NCBI GenBank assembly: GCA_000025185.1
Contig: CP001848.1
Location: 2,310,001 to 2,342,000, forward strand
Reading direction: 5' to 3'
Origin: Pirellula staleyi DSM 6068
GTDB taxonomy: Bacteria; Planctomycetota; Planctomycetia; Pirellulales; Pirellulaceae
DNA: 32,000 nt
The position numbers and the translations under genes are program-made. Positions 16,659-25,214 of the stretch are shown here, piece after piece. Within the stretch, counting starts at the first letter, position 1. Every line of letters starts with the position of its first letter. A model generated the notes under the pieces. The model ran no database searches and was not told where the DNA came from. It saw only the letters and a program-made list of their open reading frames with translations.

Positions 16659-17154
16659 GTTAACCACGCAAGAGCGTTTGCAGCCGTCGCTCCTCGATCG
16701 GCTTACTGATGAAGAGCCGCAGCAAGGACAGGAATCTCGCAATCGGCGCGTGTTGTCGCTGCAACGTTTGCGCGAAAGTGTGCTTCGCGATCTTGCCTGG
16801 CTCCTGAACACCACGAATCTCGGTGACCGAACCCTGGAGTACGAAGCCCCGTTTGTTGAATCGTCGGTGCTGAACTATGGGGTGCCCGATTTCGCGGGGC
16901 TCACCAGCAGCAGCGTCGACGGGGGCCAGTTGCAGCGACTGGTGAAGCAAGCGATCTGGAATTTCGAGCCCCGCATTCTGCGCGAGACACTCGAAGTGAA
17001 CATCAGCGCCGATGGTGGCCGGATGGACCAAAACAGTTTGATTTTTGAGATTTCGGGAGAGCTCTGGGCCCAGCCGGTGCCGCTCGAATTGTTCCTCAAG
17101 ACCCAAGTAGACCTCGAAACTGGAAGTATCTCGATTGCCGACTTTGTCCGTTGA
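16651..17154 (+). CDS. tssE: TssE (gp25-like) baseplate protein
   Basis: LQPSLLDRLTDEEP ... SVLRDLAWLLNT ... SVLNYGVPDFAGL are typical of the TssE/GPW-gp25 family. 167 aa. An 8-nt overlap with tagJ suggests translational coupling. Confidence 0.88.
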   Translation: MAELTTQERLQPSLLDRLTDEEPQQGQESRNRRVLSLQRLRESVLRDLAWLLNTTNLGDRTLEYEAPFVESSVLNYGVPDFAGLTSSSVDGGQLQRLVKQAIWNFEPRILRETLEVNISADGGRMDQNSLIFEISGELWAQPVPLELFLKTQVDLETGSISIADFVR

Positions 17155-17219
17155 TTAGCAGGGGCAGCCCCTCGTTTTCATCGCCGCGCAGTCAGGTTGG
17201 AAGGAACGCTCCCTCAGTC

Positions 17220-19097
17220 ATGGATCCTCGGCTCCTCAAATTCTATAACCGCGAACTACAGCATCTCCGTGAGATGGGGGCGGAGTTCGCATCGGAATTC
17301 CCCAAGATCGCCGGACGATTGACCCTCGATGGTTTCGAGTGCGTCGATCCCTACGTCGAACGATTGCTCGAGGGCTTTGCATTTCTTGCTGCTCGCGTTC
17401 AGCTCCGCATCGATTCGGAGTTCCCTCGCTTTACGCAGCATTTGTTTGAAATTGTCTACCCGCACTATTTGGCTCCGACCCCCTCGATGGCTGTGGTGCA
17501 GTTCGAGCCCGACTTGAAGGTCGGCGCGCTCGCCGATGGCTACACCATTCCGCGAGGTGAGTCGATTCGCAGTTTGCTTGGCAAAGGGGAAACGACTGCC
17601 TGCGAATATCGCACTGCCCAAGACTGCACGCTGTGGCCCCTCGAGATCGTCGAGGCGGAGTATTTCAGCCGCGATGCCGCTTCGATCGAAGTGCCGAATG
17701 TGGCAGGGCTCAAGGCGGGCATTCGATTGCGGATTCGTACGACCGCTGGCCTCAAGTTCAAAGACACCAAACTCGATCGTCTGACGTTGTTCCTGCGTGG
17801 CGCTGGCGATTTGCCGATGCACCTCTATGAGCAAATCTTGGGCAATCCGCTTGGATTTGTCGTGCGTCCGACGACCCGCCCGATCCCGTGGCAAGTGGTG
17901 AATGAAGCGAGCAAGATCCAGCCTCGCGGCTTTGCCGAGAACGAAGCGCTCCTCCCTTACGGCCCTCGATCGTTTCAAGGCTATCGGCTGCTGCAAGAGT
18001 ATTTTGCTTTTCCCCAGCGGTATCTGTTTGTCGATCTGACCGGGCTGAAGTCGGCCGTATCGCGCTGCGAAGAGCAAGAACTCGACATCATTATTCTGCT
18101 GTCGCGAGCCGAACAGCGTCTCGAGTCGTATGTCTCGGCCGAGTCGTTTTCGCTTCACTGCACCCCGGCGATCAACTTGTTTCCCAAGTCGGCTGATCGT
18201 ATTCACCTGAGCGACAAGTTCAGCGAGCATCACGTCATTCCCGATCGCACCCGTCCGATGGACTTCGAGGTGTACGAAGTGAAGGGAATCCAAGGCTACG
18301 GCGCTGAAGTCGAAGATGAACAGACGTTCTTCCCGTTTTATGCCTCGAGCGACGTGAACTCGGGACACGACGGGATGGCCTACTACACGGTGCATCGTTT
18401 GCCACGTGTGCTCTCGACGAATCAGAAAAAATACGGCCCCCGCTCGAGCTATATCGGCTCCGAAGTTTTTGTCTCCCTCGTTGATGGTCGTGAAGCGCCA
18501 TACTCTCACAATCTGCGGCAACTGGCCATCGATACGCTTTGCACGAATCGCGATCTTCCGCTGCAAATGCCGGTGGGAAAGAGCACGACTGATTTCACGC
18601 TCGATACCGGAGCGCCGGTGAATTCGGTTCGCTGCTTGTCGGGCCCCACACGCCCCAAACCCTCGCACAGCTTTGGCGAAGGGGATTTCGTGTGGCGCTT
18701 GATCAGCCACTTGTCCCTGAATTATTTGTCGCTGGTCGATGGCGACGAGCGTCATGGGGCGGCTGCGCTCCGCGATATCTTGCGGCTCTATGGCGATGCC
18801 AATGACGCTGCGATTCGGAAGCAAATCGAAGGTGTGCGATCGGTGGCCGCCCGTCCAATCACTCGCCGCATTCCGACTCCGGGGCCGATCACGTTTGGTC
18901 GTGGCCTCGAGATTGCAATCACCTGCGATGAAGCGGCGTTTGAAGGAAGTGGCGTCTTCCTGCTCGGCGCTGTGCTCGAACAATTTTTCGCCCGTTACGT
19001 TTCGATCAACTCCTTTACTGAAACGGTCGTCCACTCGAGCGACCGTGGCACTGTGATGCGATGGCCAACGAGAATCGGACGTCGACACACCGCGTAG
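17220..19097 (+). CDS. tssF: TssF baseplate protein
   Basis: I prefer the ATG at 17220 (GGAAGGA upstream). MDPRLLKFYNRELQHLREMGAEFASEFPKIAGRL is the canonical TssF N-terminus. 625 aa. Confidence 0.9.
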   Translation: MDPRLLKFYNRELQHLREMGAEFASEFPKIAGRLTLDGFECVDPYVERLLEGFAFLAARVQLRIDSEFPRFTQHLFEIVYPHYLAPTPSMAVVQFEPDLKVGALADGYTIPRGESIRSLLGKGETTACEYRTAQDCTLWPLEIVEAEYFSRDAASIEVPNVAGLKAGIRLRIRTTAGLKFKDTKLDRLTLFLRGAGDLPMHLYEQILGNPLGFVVRPTTRPIPWQVVNEASKIQPRGFAENEALLPYGPRSFQGYRLLQEYFAFPQRYLFVDLTGLKSAVSRCEEQELDIIILLSRAEQRLESYVSAESFSLHCTPAINLFPKSADRIHLSDKFSEHHVIPDRTRPMDFEVYEVKGIQGYGAEVEDEQTFFPFYASSDVNSGHDGMAYYTVHRLPRVLSTNQKKYGPRSSYIGSEVFVSLVDGREAPYSHNLRQLAIDTLCTNRDLPLQMPVGKSTTDFTLDTGAPVNSVRCLSGPTRPKPSHSFGEGDFVWRLISHLSLNYLSLVDGDERHGAAALRDILRLYGDANDAAIRKQIEGVRSVAARPITRRIPTPGPITFGRGLEIAITCDEAAFEGSGVFLLGAVLEQFFARYVSINSFTETVVHSSDRGTVMRWPTRIGRRHTA

Positions 19098-20098
19098 AGC
19101 TGCTCAAAGCTCTCGCGGCGGCGCCCCATCAATTCGATTTCTATCAGGCACTGCGTCGTATCGAAGCAGTGTTTAAGGACAAGCCGCGCATAGGTGAATC
19201 GCTGCGATTGGCCGATGATCCCGTTCGTTTTGCCCAAGAGCCGAGCTTGATCTTCGCGCCATCGACCATCGCCGCGCTCGAACAAGGAAAACAGGGACAC
19301 CCGCCCCGCCTGGTTGTGCGTCATGTTGGCATGTTTGGACCCAACGGTCCCCTTCCACTGCACCTCACCGAATATGCCCGCGATCGACTTCGCAATTCGC
19401 AAGATCCGACATTCGTTCGGTTTGTCGACATCTTCCATCATCGCATGTACTCGCTGTTCTACCGGGCCTGGGCCGTAGCACAGCCCACCACGCAGTTCGA
19501 TCGTCCAGAATCCGATCGCTTTGCCGACTATGTTGGTTCGCTCTTCGGCATCGGCATGGCGTCGATGAACGATCGCGATGCAATGCCCGATTTGGCCAAG
19601 CTCTACTTCAGTGGGCGCTTTGTCTGTCAAACGCGTCATGCCGAAGGTTTAGCGGCGATTTTGAATGCGTTCTTCTCGATCCCGATGGTCCTCAAAGAGT
19701 TCGTGGGTCAGTGGCTGCCGCTGCCGATGAACTGCCGCACCAATCTCGGTCTCGGCAGTGATACCGGTGTGCTGGGGATGAGCGCGACGATTGGCGAACG
19801 GGTGTGGGATTGTCAGCAGAAGTTTCGCATCGTGGCTGGTCCGATGGATTTCCGTCAGTACCGGCGTTTGCTACCCCAGGGAGAAAGTCTCGCGTCGCTC
19901 ATTTCGGTGGTCGACAACTACGTCGGTCTGGAACTCGATTGGGATGTGAATCTGATTCTGAAAAAGGAAGAAGTTCCCCCGATCCAGCTCGGAAGTATGG
20001 GGCAACTTGGGTGGACCTCGTGGCTGAAGAGCCGCGAGCGTGAAGAGGACGCTGCAGATTTGATTTTGCGTCCCCGGGCGGAACGGACTGCTGCTTAG
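19061..20098 (+). CDS. tssG: TssG baseplate protein
   Basis: LAAAPHQFDFYQALRRIE ... DDPVRFAQEPSLIFAPSTI matches the TssG opening. 345 aa. It overlaps tssF by 37 nt. Confidence 0.88.
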   Translation: MANENRTSTHRVELLKALAAAPHQFDFYQALRRIEAVFKDKPRIGESLRLADDPVRFAQEPSLIFAPSTIAALEQGKQGHPPRLVVRHVGMFGPNGPLPLHLTEYARDRLRNSQDPTFVRFVDIFHHRMYSLFYRAWAVAQPTTQFDRPESDRFADYVGSLFGIGMASMNDRDAMPDLAKLYFSGRFVCQTRHAEGLAAILNAFFSIPMVLKEFVGQWLPLPMNCRTNLGLGSDTGVLGMSATIGERVWDCQQKFRIVAGPMDFRQYRRLLPQGESLASLISVVDNYVGLELDWDVNLILKKEEVPPIQLGSMGQLGWTSWLKSREREEDAADLILRPRAERTAA

Positions 20099-20287
20099 AT
20101 CCTCATGAAACGAACCATTTCAGAGAAAATTCTGCCGACTGAACAGTTCGGGACCAAACGTGTCATGAGTTAACTCAATAGTAACTCTTGCGTATGTCCT
20201 GAGAAAATCAGTCGTTGTTACGAAGAAACTTTTTACAAGTTATTTAGCACTAGAAGTCACTGCAAAGTCTCTCGGAGAAACTGCCAC

Positions 20288-23035
20288 ATGGCTGAGATTA
20301 GTCGCGTAGCCCTTTTTGGAAAACTTAACAGCCTCGCTTATCGCGCGATTGAGGCCGCCACCGTCTTTTGCAAGATGCGTGGCAATCCTTACGTCGAGTT
20401 GGCTCACTGGCTGCATCAGATTCTGCAGCTTCCCGATTCTGACGTGCACAAAATCATTAAGCAGTTCAATCTCGAGCCAAGTCGTTTGGCGCGTGATCTG
20501 ACCGAAACACTCGATCGTTTTCCACGCGGCAGTTCCAGCATCTCGGACCTTTCGAGCCATCTCGAAGATGCGACTCAGCAAGGCTGGGTCTATGCCACGC
20601 TGATGTTCAAGGACTCGCAAGTCCGGACTGGTTACTTGATCGTCGGCATGATCAAAACCAAAACGCTGAACAACGCACTGCTGAGCATTTCGAAAGAATT
20701 TGGCAAAATCAACGCCGATACGTTGATCGACAAGTTTGCTGAAGTGGTGGCAGGCTCGCCCGAAGATTCGCTCCGCGCCAGCGATGGAACCCAGGTCGGT
20801 GGCGGCGCTGTTCCTGGCGAAGCGAGCGGCGCGATGGCTCCCGCTGCGATGGGCAAGCAAGAGGCGCTCAAGCAATTTTCGATCGACCTGACCGAGCGTG
20901 CTCGCAAAGGGGAGATCGACCCGATTGTTGGTCGCGACGAAGAGATTCGTCAACTTGTCGACATTCTGATGCGTCGTCGTCAGAACAACCCAATCCTCAC
21001 CGGTGAAGCAGGTGTGGGTAAAACTGCGGTGGTCGAAGGTTTTGCCCTCCGCATTGCTTCGGGCGATGTTCCTCCGTCGCTGAAAGATGTTTCGCTTCGC
21101 TCGCTCGACATCGGTCTCTTGCAGGCCGGCGCGAGCATGAAGGGCGAGTTCGAAAATCGCCTTCGTCAGGTGATCGAAGAAGTGCAATCGAGCGAACAGC
21201 CGATCATTCTGTTTATCGATGAAGCTCATACTCTCATCGGAGCTGGTGGAGCCGCTGGAACTGGCGACGCTGCTAACTTGCTCAAGCCAGCACTGGCTCG
21301 CGGAAAGTTGCGCACGGTCGCTGCGACGACCTGGGCCGAATACAAGAAGCACATCGAAAAAGATCCTGCTCTCACGCGCCGCTTCCAAGTGGTTCAAGTC
21401 GGTGAACCAAGCGAAGACAAAGCGATTTTGATGATGCGAGGCATGGCCTCGACCCTCGAGCAGCACCATCGCGTGCAGATTCTCGACGAAGCGCTCGAAG
21501 CCTCGGTTCGTCTCTCGCATCGCTATATCCCCGCTCGTCAGTTGCCCGATAAGTCGGTCAGCTTGCTCGATACCACGTGTGCTCGCGTGGCGATCAGTCA
21601 GCACGCTGTGCCTGCAGAAGTCGAAGATTGCCGCCGCAAGATCGAAGCTCTCGAAGTCGAGCAGGGAATCATCGCCCGCGAAAAAGCTGTCGGTGTAGAT
21701 ACCACCAAACGCGAAAAAGAAGTCGATTCAAAACTAGCCATCGAGCGTGAGCGTCTGAAGGGGCTTGAGCAGCGCTGGACCGACGAAAAGACGCTGGTCG
21801 ACGAGATTCTCGACATTCGCGGCAAGCTCCGCGGTCAAACGGGCAAGGTCGAGGGGACGCATAGCAAACTCGAAAAAGCTGCTGACAAGGCTGCCAAAGA
21901 AGCACCACCTGTAGCGGCTCCTACGCCTCCGCTCACCGAAGCCGAACGGGCTCCGCTGCTGGCAAAACTCACCGAACTGCAAGCCAAGCTCACCGCCCTG
22001 CAAGGCGAATCGCCACTGATTCTTCCCACGGTCGACGAGCAAGCGGTCGCTTCGGTCGTGGCCGACTGGACCGGCATTCCGGTCGGTCGAATGGTGAAGA
22101 ACGAAGTCGAAGCTGTGCTCAAGTTGGCCGAGACCCTCGGTCAGCGCGTGATTGGCCAAGACCATGCGATGAAGATGATTGCTCGCCGCATTCAAACTTC
22201 GCGTGCCCAGCTCGAGAATCCAAACAAGCCAATCGGCGTATTCTTGCTCGCCGGCACGTCGGGTGTTGGTAAAACCGAAACCGCTCTCGCTTTGGCCGAA
22301 GCTCTTTATGGTGGCGAACAGAACGTCATCACCATCAACATGAGCGAGTTCCAAGAGGCTCATACCGTGAGCACCTTGAAGGGTTCGCCTCCCGGTTACG
22401 TGGGCTACGGCGAAGGTGGTATTCTCACCGAAGCCGTCCGCCGCAAACCTTACAGCGTGGTGCTCCTCGACGAAGTCGAAAAGGCTCACGGCGACGTGCA
22501 CGAACTCTTCTTCCAAGTCTTCGATAAAGGCTGGATGGAAGATGGCGAAGGACGCGTGATCGATTTCAAGAACACGCTCATCCTGCTGACGTCGAATGCC
22601 GGTAGCGACTTGATCATGAACATGTGCAAAGATCCGGAACTGCTTCCCGATCCTGAGGCCATTGCCAAGTCGCTGCGCGATCCGCTGCTGAAGGTCTTTC
22701 CCGCAGCATTGCTCGGCCGCCTCGTGACCATTCCTTACTATCCGCTCAGCGATTCGATGATCGCTGCGATCACTCGTTTGCAGCTGCGTCGCATCGAGAA
22801 GCGAATCGGCGTCAATCACAAGGTTCCGTTCACCTACAGCGACGAAGTGCTCAAGCTCATCGTCAGCCGCTGCACGGAACTCGAGAGCGGTGGTCGTATG
22901 ATCGACTCGATTCTCACCAACACAATGCTCCCCGCGATCAGCGAAGAGATTCTCAAGCGGATGATGGTGGGTAGCGCGGTGAAGAAAATCGAAATCACCG
23001 CGAAAGGTAGCGAATTCCACTACAACTTTGATTAG
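20288..23035 (+). CDS. clpV: ClpV (TssH) AAA+ sheath-recycling ATPase
   Basis: 915 aa Clp/Hsp100 architecture: a ClpV-type N-domain, two Walker A motifs (GEAGVGKTAVVEG and GTSGVGKTETALALA), a middle coiled coil and a C-terminal small domain. GGAGAAA lies upstream of the ATG. Confidence 0.93.
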   Translation: MAEISRVALFGKLNSLAYRAIEAATVFCKMRGNPYVELAHWLHQILQLPDSDVHKIIKQFNLEPSRLARDLTETLDRFPRGSSSISDLSSHLEDATQQGWVYATLMFKDSQVRTGYLIVGMIKTKTLNNALLSISKEFGKINADTLIDKFAEVVAGSPEDSLRASDGTQVGGGAVPGEASGAMAPAAMGKQEALKQFSIDLTERARKGEIDPIVGRDEEIRQLVDILMRRRQNNPILTGEAGVGKTAVVEGFALRIASGDVPPSLKDVSLRSLDIGLLQAGASMKGEFENRLRQVIEEVQSSEQPIILFIDEAHTLIGAGGAAGTGDAANLLKPALARGKLRTVAATTWAEYKKHIEKDPALTRRFQVVQVGEPSEDKAILMMRGMASTLEQHHRVQILDEALEASVRLSHRYIPARQLPDKSVSLLDTTCARVAISQHAVPAEVEDCRRKIEALEVEQGIIAREKAVGVDTTKREKEVDSKLAIERERLKGLEQRWTDEKTLVDEILDIRGKLRGQTGKVEGTHSKLEKAADKAAKEAPPVAAPTPPLTEAERAPLLAKLTELQAKLTALQGESPLILPTVDEQAVASVVADWTGIPVGRMVKNEVEAVLKLAETLGQRVIGQDHAMKMIARRIQTSRAQLENPNKPIGVFLLAGTSGVGKTETALALAEALYGGEQNVITINMSEFQEAHTVSTLKGSPPGYVGYGEGGILTEAVRRKPYSVVLLDEVEKAHGDVHELFFQVFDKGWMEDGEGRVIDFKNTLILLTSNAGSDLIMNMCKDPELLPDPEAIAKSLRDPLLKVFPAALLGRLVTIPYYPLSDSMIAAITRLQLRRIEKRIGVNHKVPFTYSDEVLKLIVSRCTELESGGRMIDSILTNTMLPAISEEILKRMMVGSAVKKIEITAKGSEFHYNFD

Positions 23036-23221
23036 TCTTGCGAAATCCCAGTCGATCGCGGTGGAAAGGCTTTCTTTCCACCGCCTCGGCTGAAATTCCA
23101 AGATTCCAGCGCCACCAACGAACTAGAATCGCGCGAAGGCATTCCCTTTCGCGCGATTTTGCATAGCTACTTCCTACTCTATCGCTCCACACGACCTTGC
23201 AACCAGCTGAGAGGCTCCTTT

Positions 23222-24301
23222 ATGGCCAGCAGTACGAAAGTGAAGTTTGACAAAAAGGGAAACCTTTCGGTCGAAAATGGAAACCTGCTGGAGAGCGCCC
23301 GGAAGGACTTCAAAGAATGCCTGAAGATCAATGCGTTCATCGTGAGTGTTGAAGTGCCGATGGACGAGAAAGTGACGAACGAAAAAGAGATCATCGAGCA
23401 GGTGACCGAAGGACTGGATGAAATTGAACGCCAACTCTACGACTTCCTTAAGGATTTGAATGAAAGGGTCGAGAAGCTCCTCAAGGAAGAGAAAGCTGGC
23501 AAGAAGACGGCTGCCGATGAAGCGAAAAAAGCGGTGGATCAGACCGAGAAAAAAATCAAAGATGTCGCCGACGAACTCGGTGTTTTTGTTCGCAAAACGG
23601 TGCAAAAGGAAGTGAGTCGACAGCTGGGGGGCAAAAAACTTCAACTTCGCTCGACCAGTCGCAACACCTTCCGCGGCGTTGATTTACAGAAGTTCATCTT
23701 TGAAGGTGGATCGTCCGATGCAGAGAACAGCCCCTTCTTCCTTGAAGTGGGTAAGACGATGAGCACGATGGGAAAAGAGATCTTCAAAAAGGCTGCGGAA
23801 GAGAAGACACAGCGAGGTGAAATTGTAGGTGAACTCAATACCTACGTCGCCAAATTCGCCGAGGCCAAGAAGGCGAACACCGCACTCACGATGTCGGAGT
23901 TTTACAAGGCGAATGCCAAATTGGTGAAAAGCGTCGAAGATAGCGGAAAGAAATACTCCGACTTTTTGGCAGCTTACAAAGACGCGATTGAGAAAATTGA
24001 GGCAGAGTTTGCCAAGCTCGAAACGCTCATCAAATCCGACGACGAGCTAAAGAAAGATTCGAACGTCAAAAAGATCACCAAGAGCTTCACGGATGCTGCG
24101 AAAACGATCGTCGAAATTGTTGATCCCCGGACCAAAATGATCACCTCGACGATGAAGACGCTCAAGTCGGCCGTCGTTTATAGCACCATCTCTGACCAGG
24201 CATCGGACTTAGAGAAACTCAAAGGCGTTACCAAGTCGGCAAAAGCAATCGAAGAAGCTGGTAAGGAATTCGAAGCGATGGGAAAAGCGATGGACAAGTA
24301 G
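23222..24301 (+). CDS. Hypothetical Lys/Glu-rich, predicted all-helical protein (359 aa), no signal peptide
   Basis: I prefer the ATG at 23222 (GAGAGG upstream). The ORF is uninterrupted, with heptad-like K/E/A-rich sequence (EKLLKEEKAGKKTAADEAKKAVDQTEKKIKDVADEL). I recognise no family. It lies immediately 3' of clpV and is followed by a terminator. Confidence 0.7.
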   Translation: MASSTKVKFDKKGNLSVENGNLLESARKDFKECLKINAFIVSVEVPMDEKVTNEKEIIEQVTEGLDEIERQLYDFLKDLNERVEKLLKEEKAGKKTAADEAKKAVDQTEKKIKDVADELGVFVRKTVQKEVSRQLGGKKLQLRSTSRNTFRGVDLQKFIFEGGSSDAENSPFFLEVGKTMSTMGKEIFKKAAEEKTQRGEIVGELNTYVAKFAEAKKANTALTMSEFYKANAKLVKSVEDSGKKYSDFLAAYKDAIEKIEAEFAKLETLIKSDDELKKDSNVKKITKSFTDAAKTIVEIVDPRTKMITSTMKTLKSAVVYSTISDQASDLEKLKGVTKSAKAIEEAGKEFEAMGKAMDK

Positions 24302-24393
24302 GCTGCTTACTTGAGCCCAGTAGATGCAAAAGGTTCTGTGCTGGAAGAAAAAAATTCCCTCCAGGGCAGCAAGCCGAGCGTCACAAGAAAAAC

Positions 24394-24438
24394 AAAACCC
24401 AGCTGGCGAATCAATCGCGAGGTGGGTTTTTTGTTGTT
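24394..24438. terminator. Bidirectional intrinsic terminator between convergent genes
   Basis: AAAACCCAGCTGGCGA - ATCAA - TCGCGAGGTGGGTTTT forms 14 bp with two G-G mismatches. It is flanked by a T-rich run on the plus strand (TTTTTTGTTGTT) and an A-rich run upstream (T-rich on the minus strand). It lies about 93 nt from each flanking stop codon. Confidence 0.7.
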
Positions 24439-24522
24439 GGTCGAAAGCAGGAATCTTGGAGCAGATTGGTGGGTAAACGTGACCGATATGCCGATCACTC
24501 GCTGCCAAGAGCTAAGCTTTGC

Positions 24523-25077
24523 TTACGTATTCTCTGCAGGGGCTTCTTCTTCGTCAGGCTGGAGCACAAAGAAGTATTCAGAGCAGAGATTGGGCAATCG
24601 CTGCGGAAGATCGGCCAGTTCGAGTGGCTCGCCCGAGAGATCTTCGGGTTCGACAAAGTCGTAATCGATCGGCATGTCGTCGCCAGTGGCGTTGACGTAG
24701 GCATCTTCGGCCAGAGTTAGGATGTCGGGCAGATAGAGATCGTCGATCATCTGCTCATCTCCCGCCATGCTGTCGGGATCGGCGACCACTTGCTCGAAAA
24801 ACTGCTGTCCCTGCGAGATAAGCCAACCACGAAACCCGTGGAAGTCGTCTTCGTCGCAGCGCTCTTTCAGGATGACGAAAATCGCCCCGGAAAGATTGTA
24901 GGTGTAAGCCTTCCAGTACAGATCGCGCATGATCCGCTGAAAGCCCACGATCTCTTCGGGGGGAAGTTCCTCGAGCAAGTCTTGTAGCTCGTCGAGCAGC
25001 TCTTGTTTTTCATCGTCGCGTCCCATCGATGCCATCGTGGCTTCGTTGATCAGCGACCAGAATTTCGTCTCGTCCAT
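24523..25077 (-). CDS. DUF4240-like protein
   Basis: MDETKFWSLINEA ... LPPEEIVGFQRIMRDLYWKAYTYNL ... CDEDDFHGFRGWLISQGQQFFEQVVADPDSMA resembles, from memory, the DUF4240 pattern (FW.II ... sp.EI..F ... Y.W.LW.AAY.I.GGCSDDGF.YFR.WLI.QG...Y..A..DPDSLA). The C-terminal tail is acidic. It is the last gene of the minus-strand operon. Confidence 0.6.
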   Translation of the reverse strand: MDETKFWSLINEATMASMGRDDEKQELLDELQDLLEELPPEEIVGFQRIMRDLYWKAYTYNLSGAIFVILKERCDEDDFHGFRGWLISQGQQFFEQVVADPDSMAGDEQMIDDLYLPDILTLAEDAYVNATGDDMPIDYDFVEPEDLSGEPLELADLPQRLPNLCSEYFFVLQPDEEEAPAENT

Positions 25078-25214
25078 GGCAGTATCTCGTCGTACCTAAG
25101 AGGTGCTCCGGAGTGGGATCGATCACCGCTCCGAAAGGCCTCGTCTTATGACTCAGTATGTGCTAACGATCGTGTGGACTGGTGGAAGTTGGCTTCACGC
25201 TACGGGCGAAGGCA

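Noticed and set aside
17256-19088. 610-aa ORF antisense to tssF. Similar long antisense ORFs occur at 20240..21604 and 21734..23101 (opposite clpV), 25323..27485 (opposite the 1084-aa gene), 4672..5607 (opposite tssM), 6357..7088 (opposite tssK), 12725..13312 (opposite tssC) and 15774..16541 (opposite tagJ).
   Set aside because: Each lies entirely within, and opposite to, a gene with clear family motifs. The translations are Arg/Ser/Gly/His-rich with no recognisable motifs. These are typical shadow ORFs of GC-rich coding DNA.
20099-20287. AT-rich tssG-clpV spacer scanned for a sigma70-type promoter (for example TTTACA around 20233).
   Set aside because: No convincing -10 hexamer lies at the right spacing, and promoter consensus for the presumed host lineage is uncertain. 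No promoter call is made.
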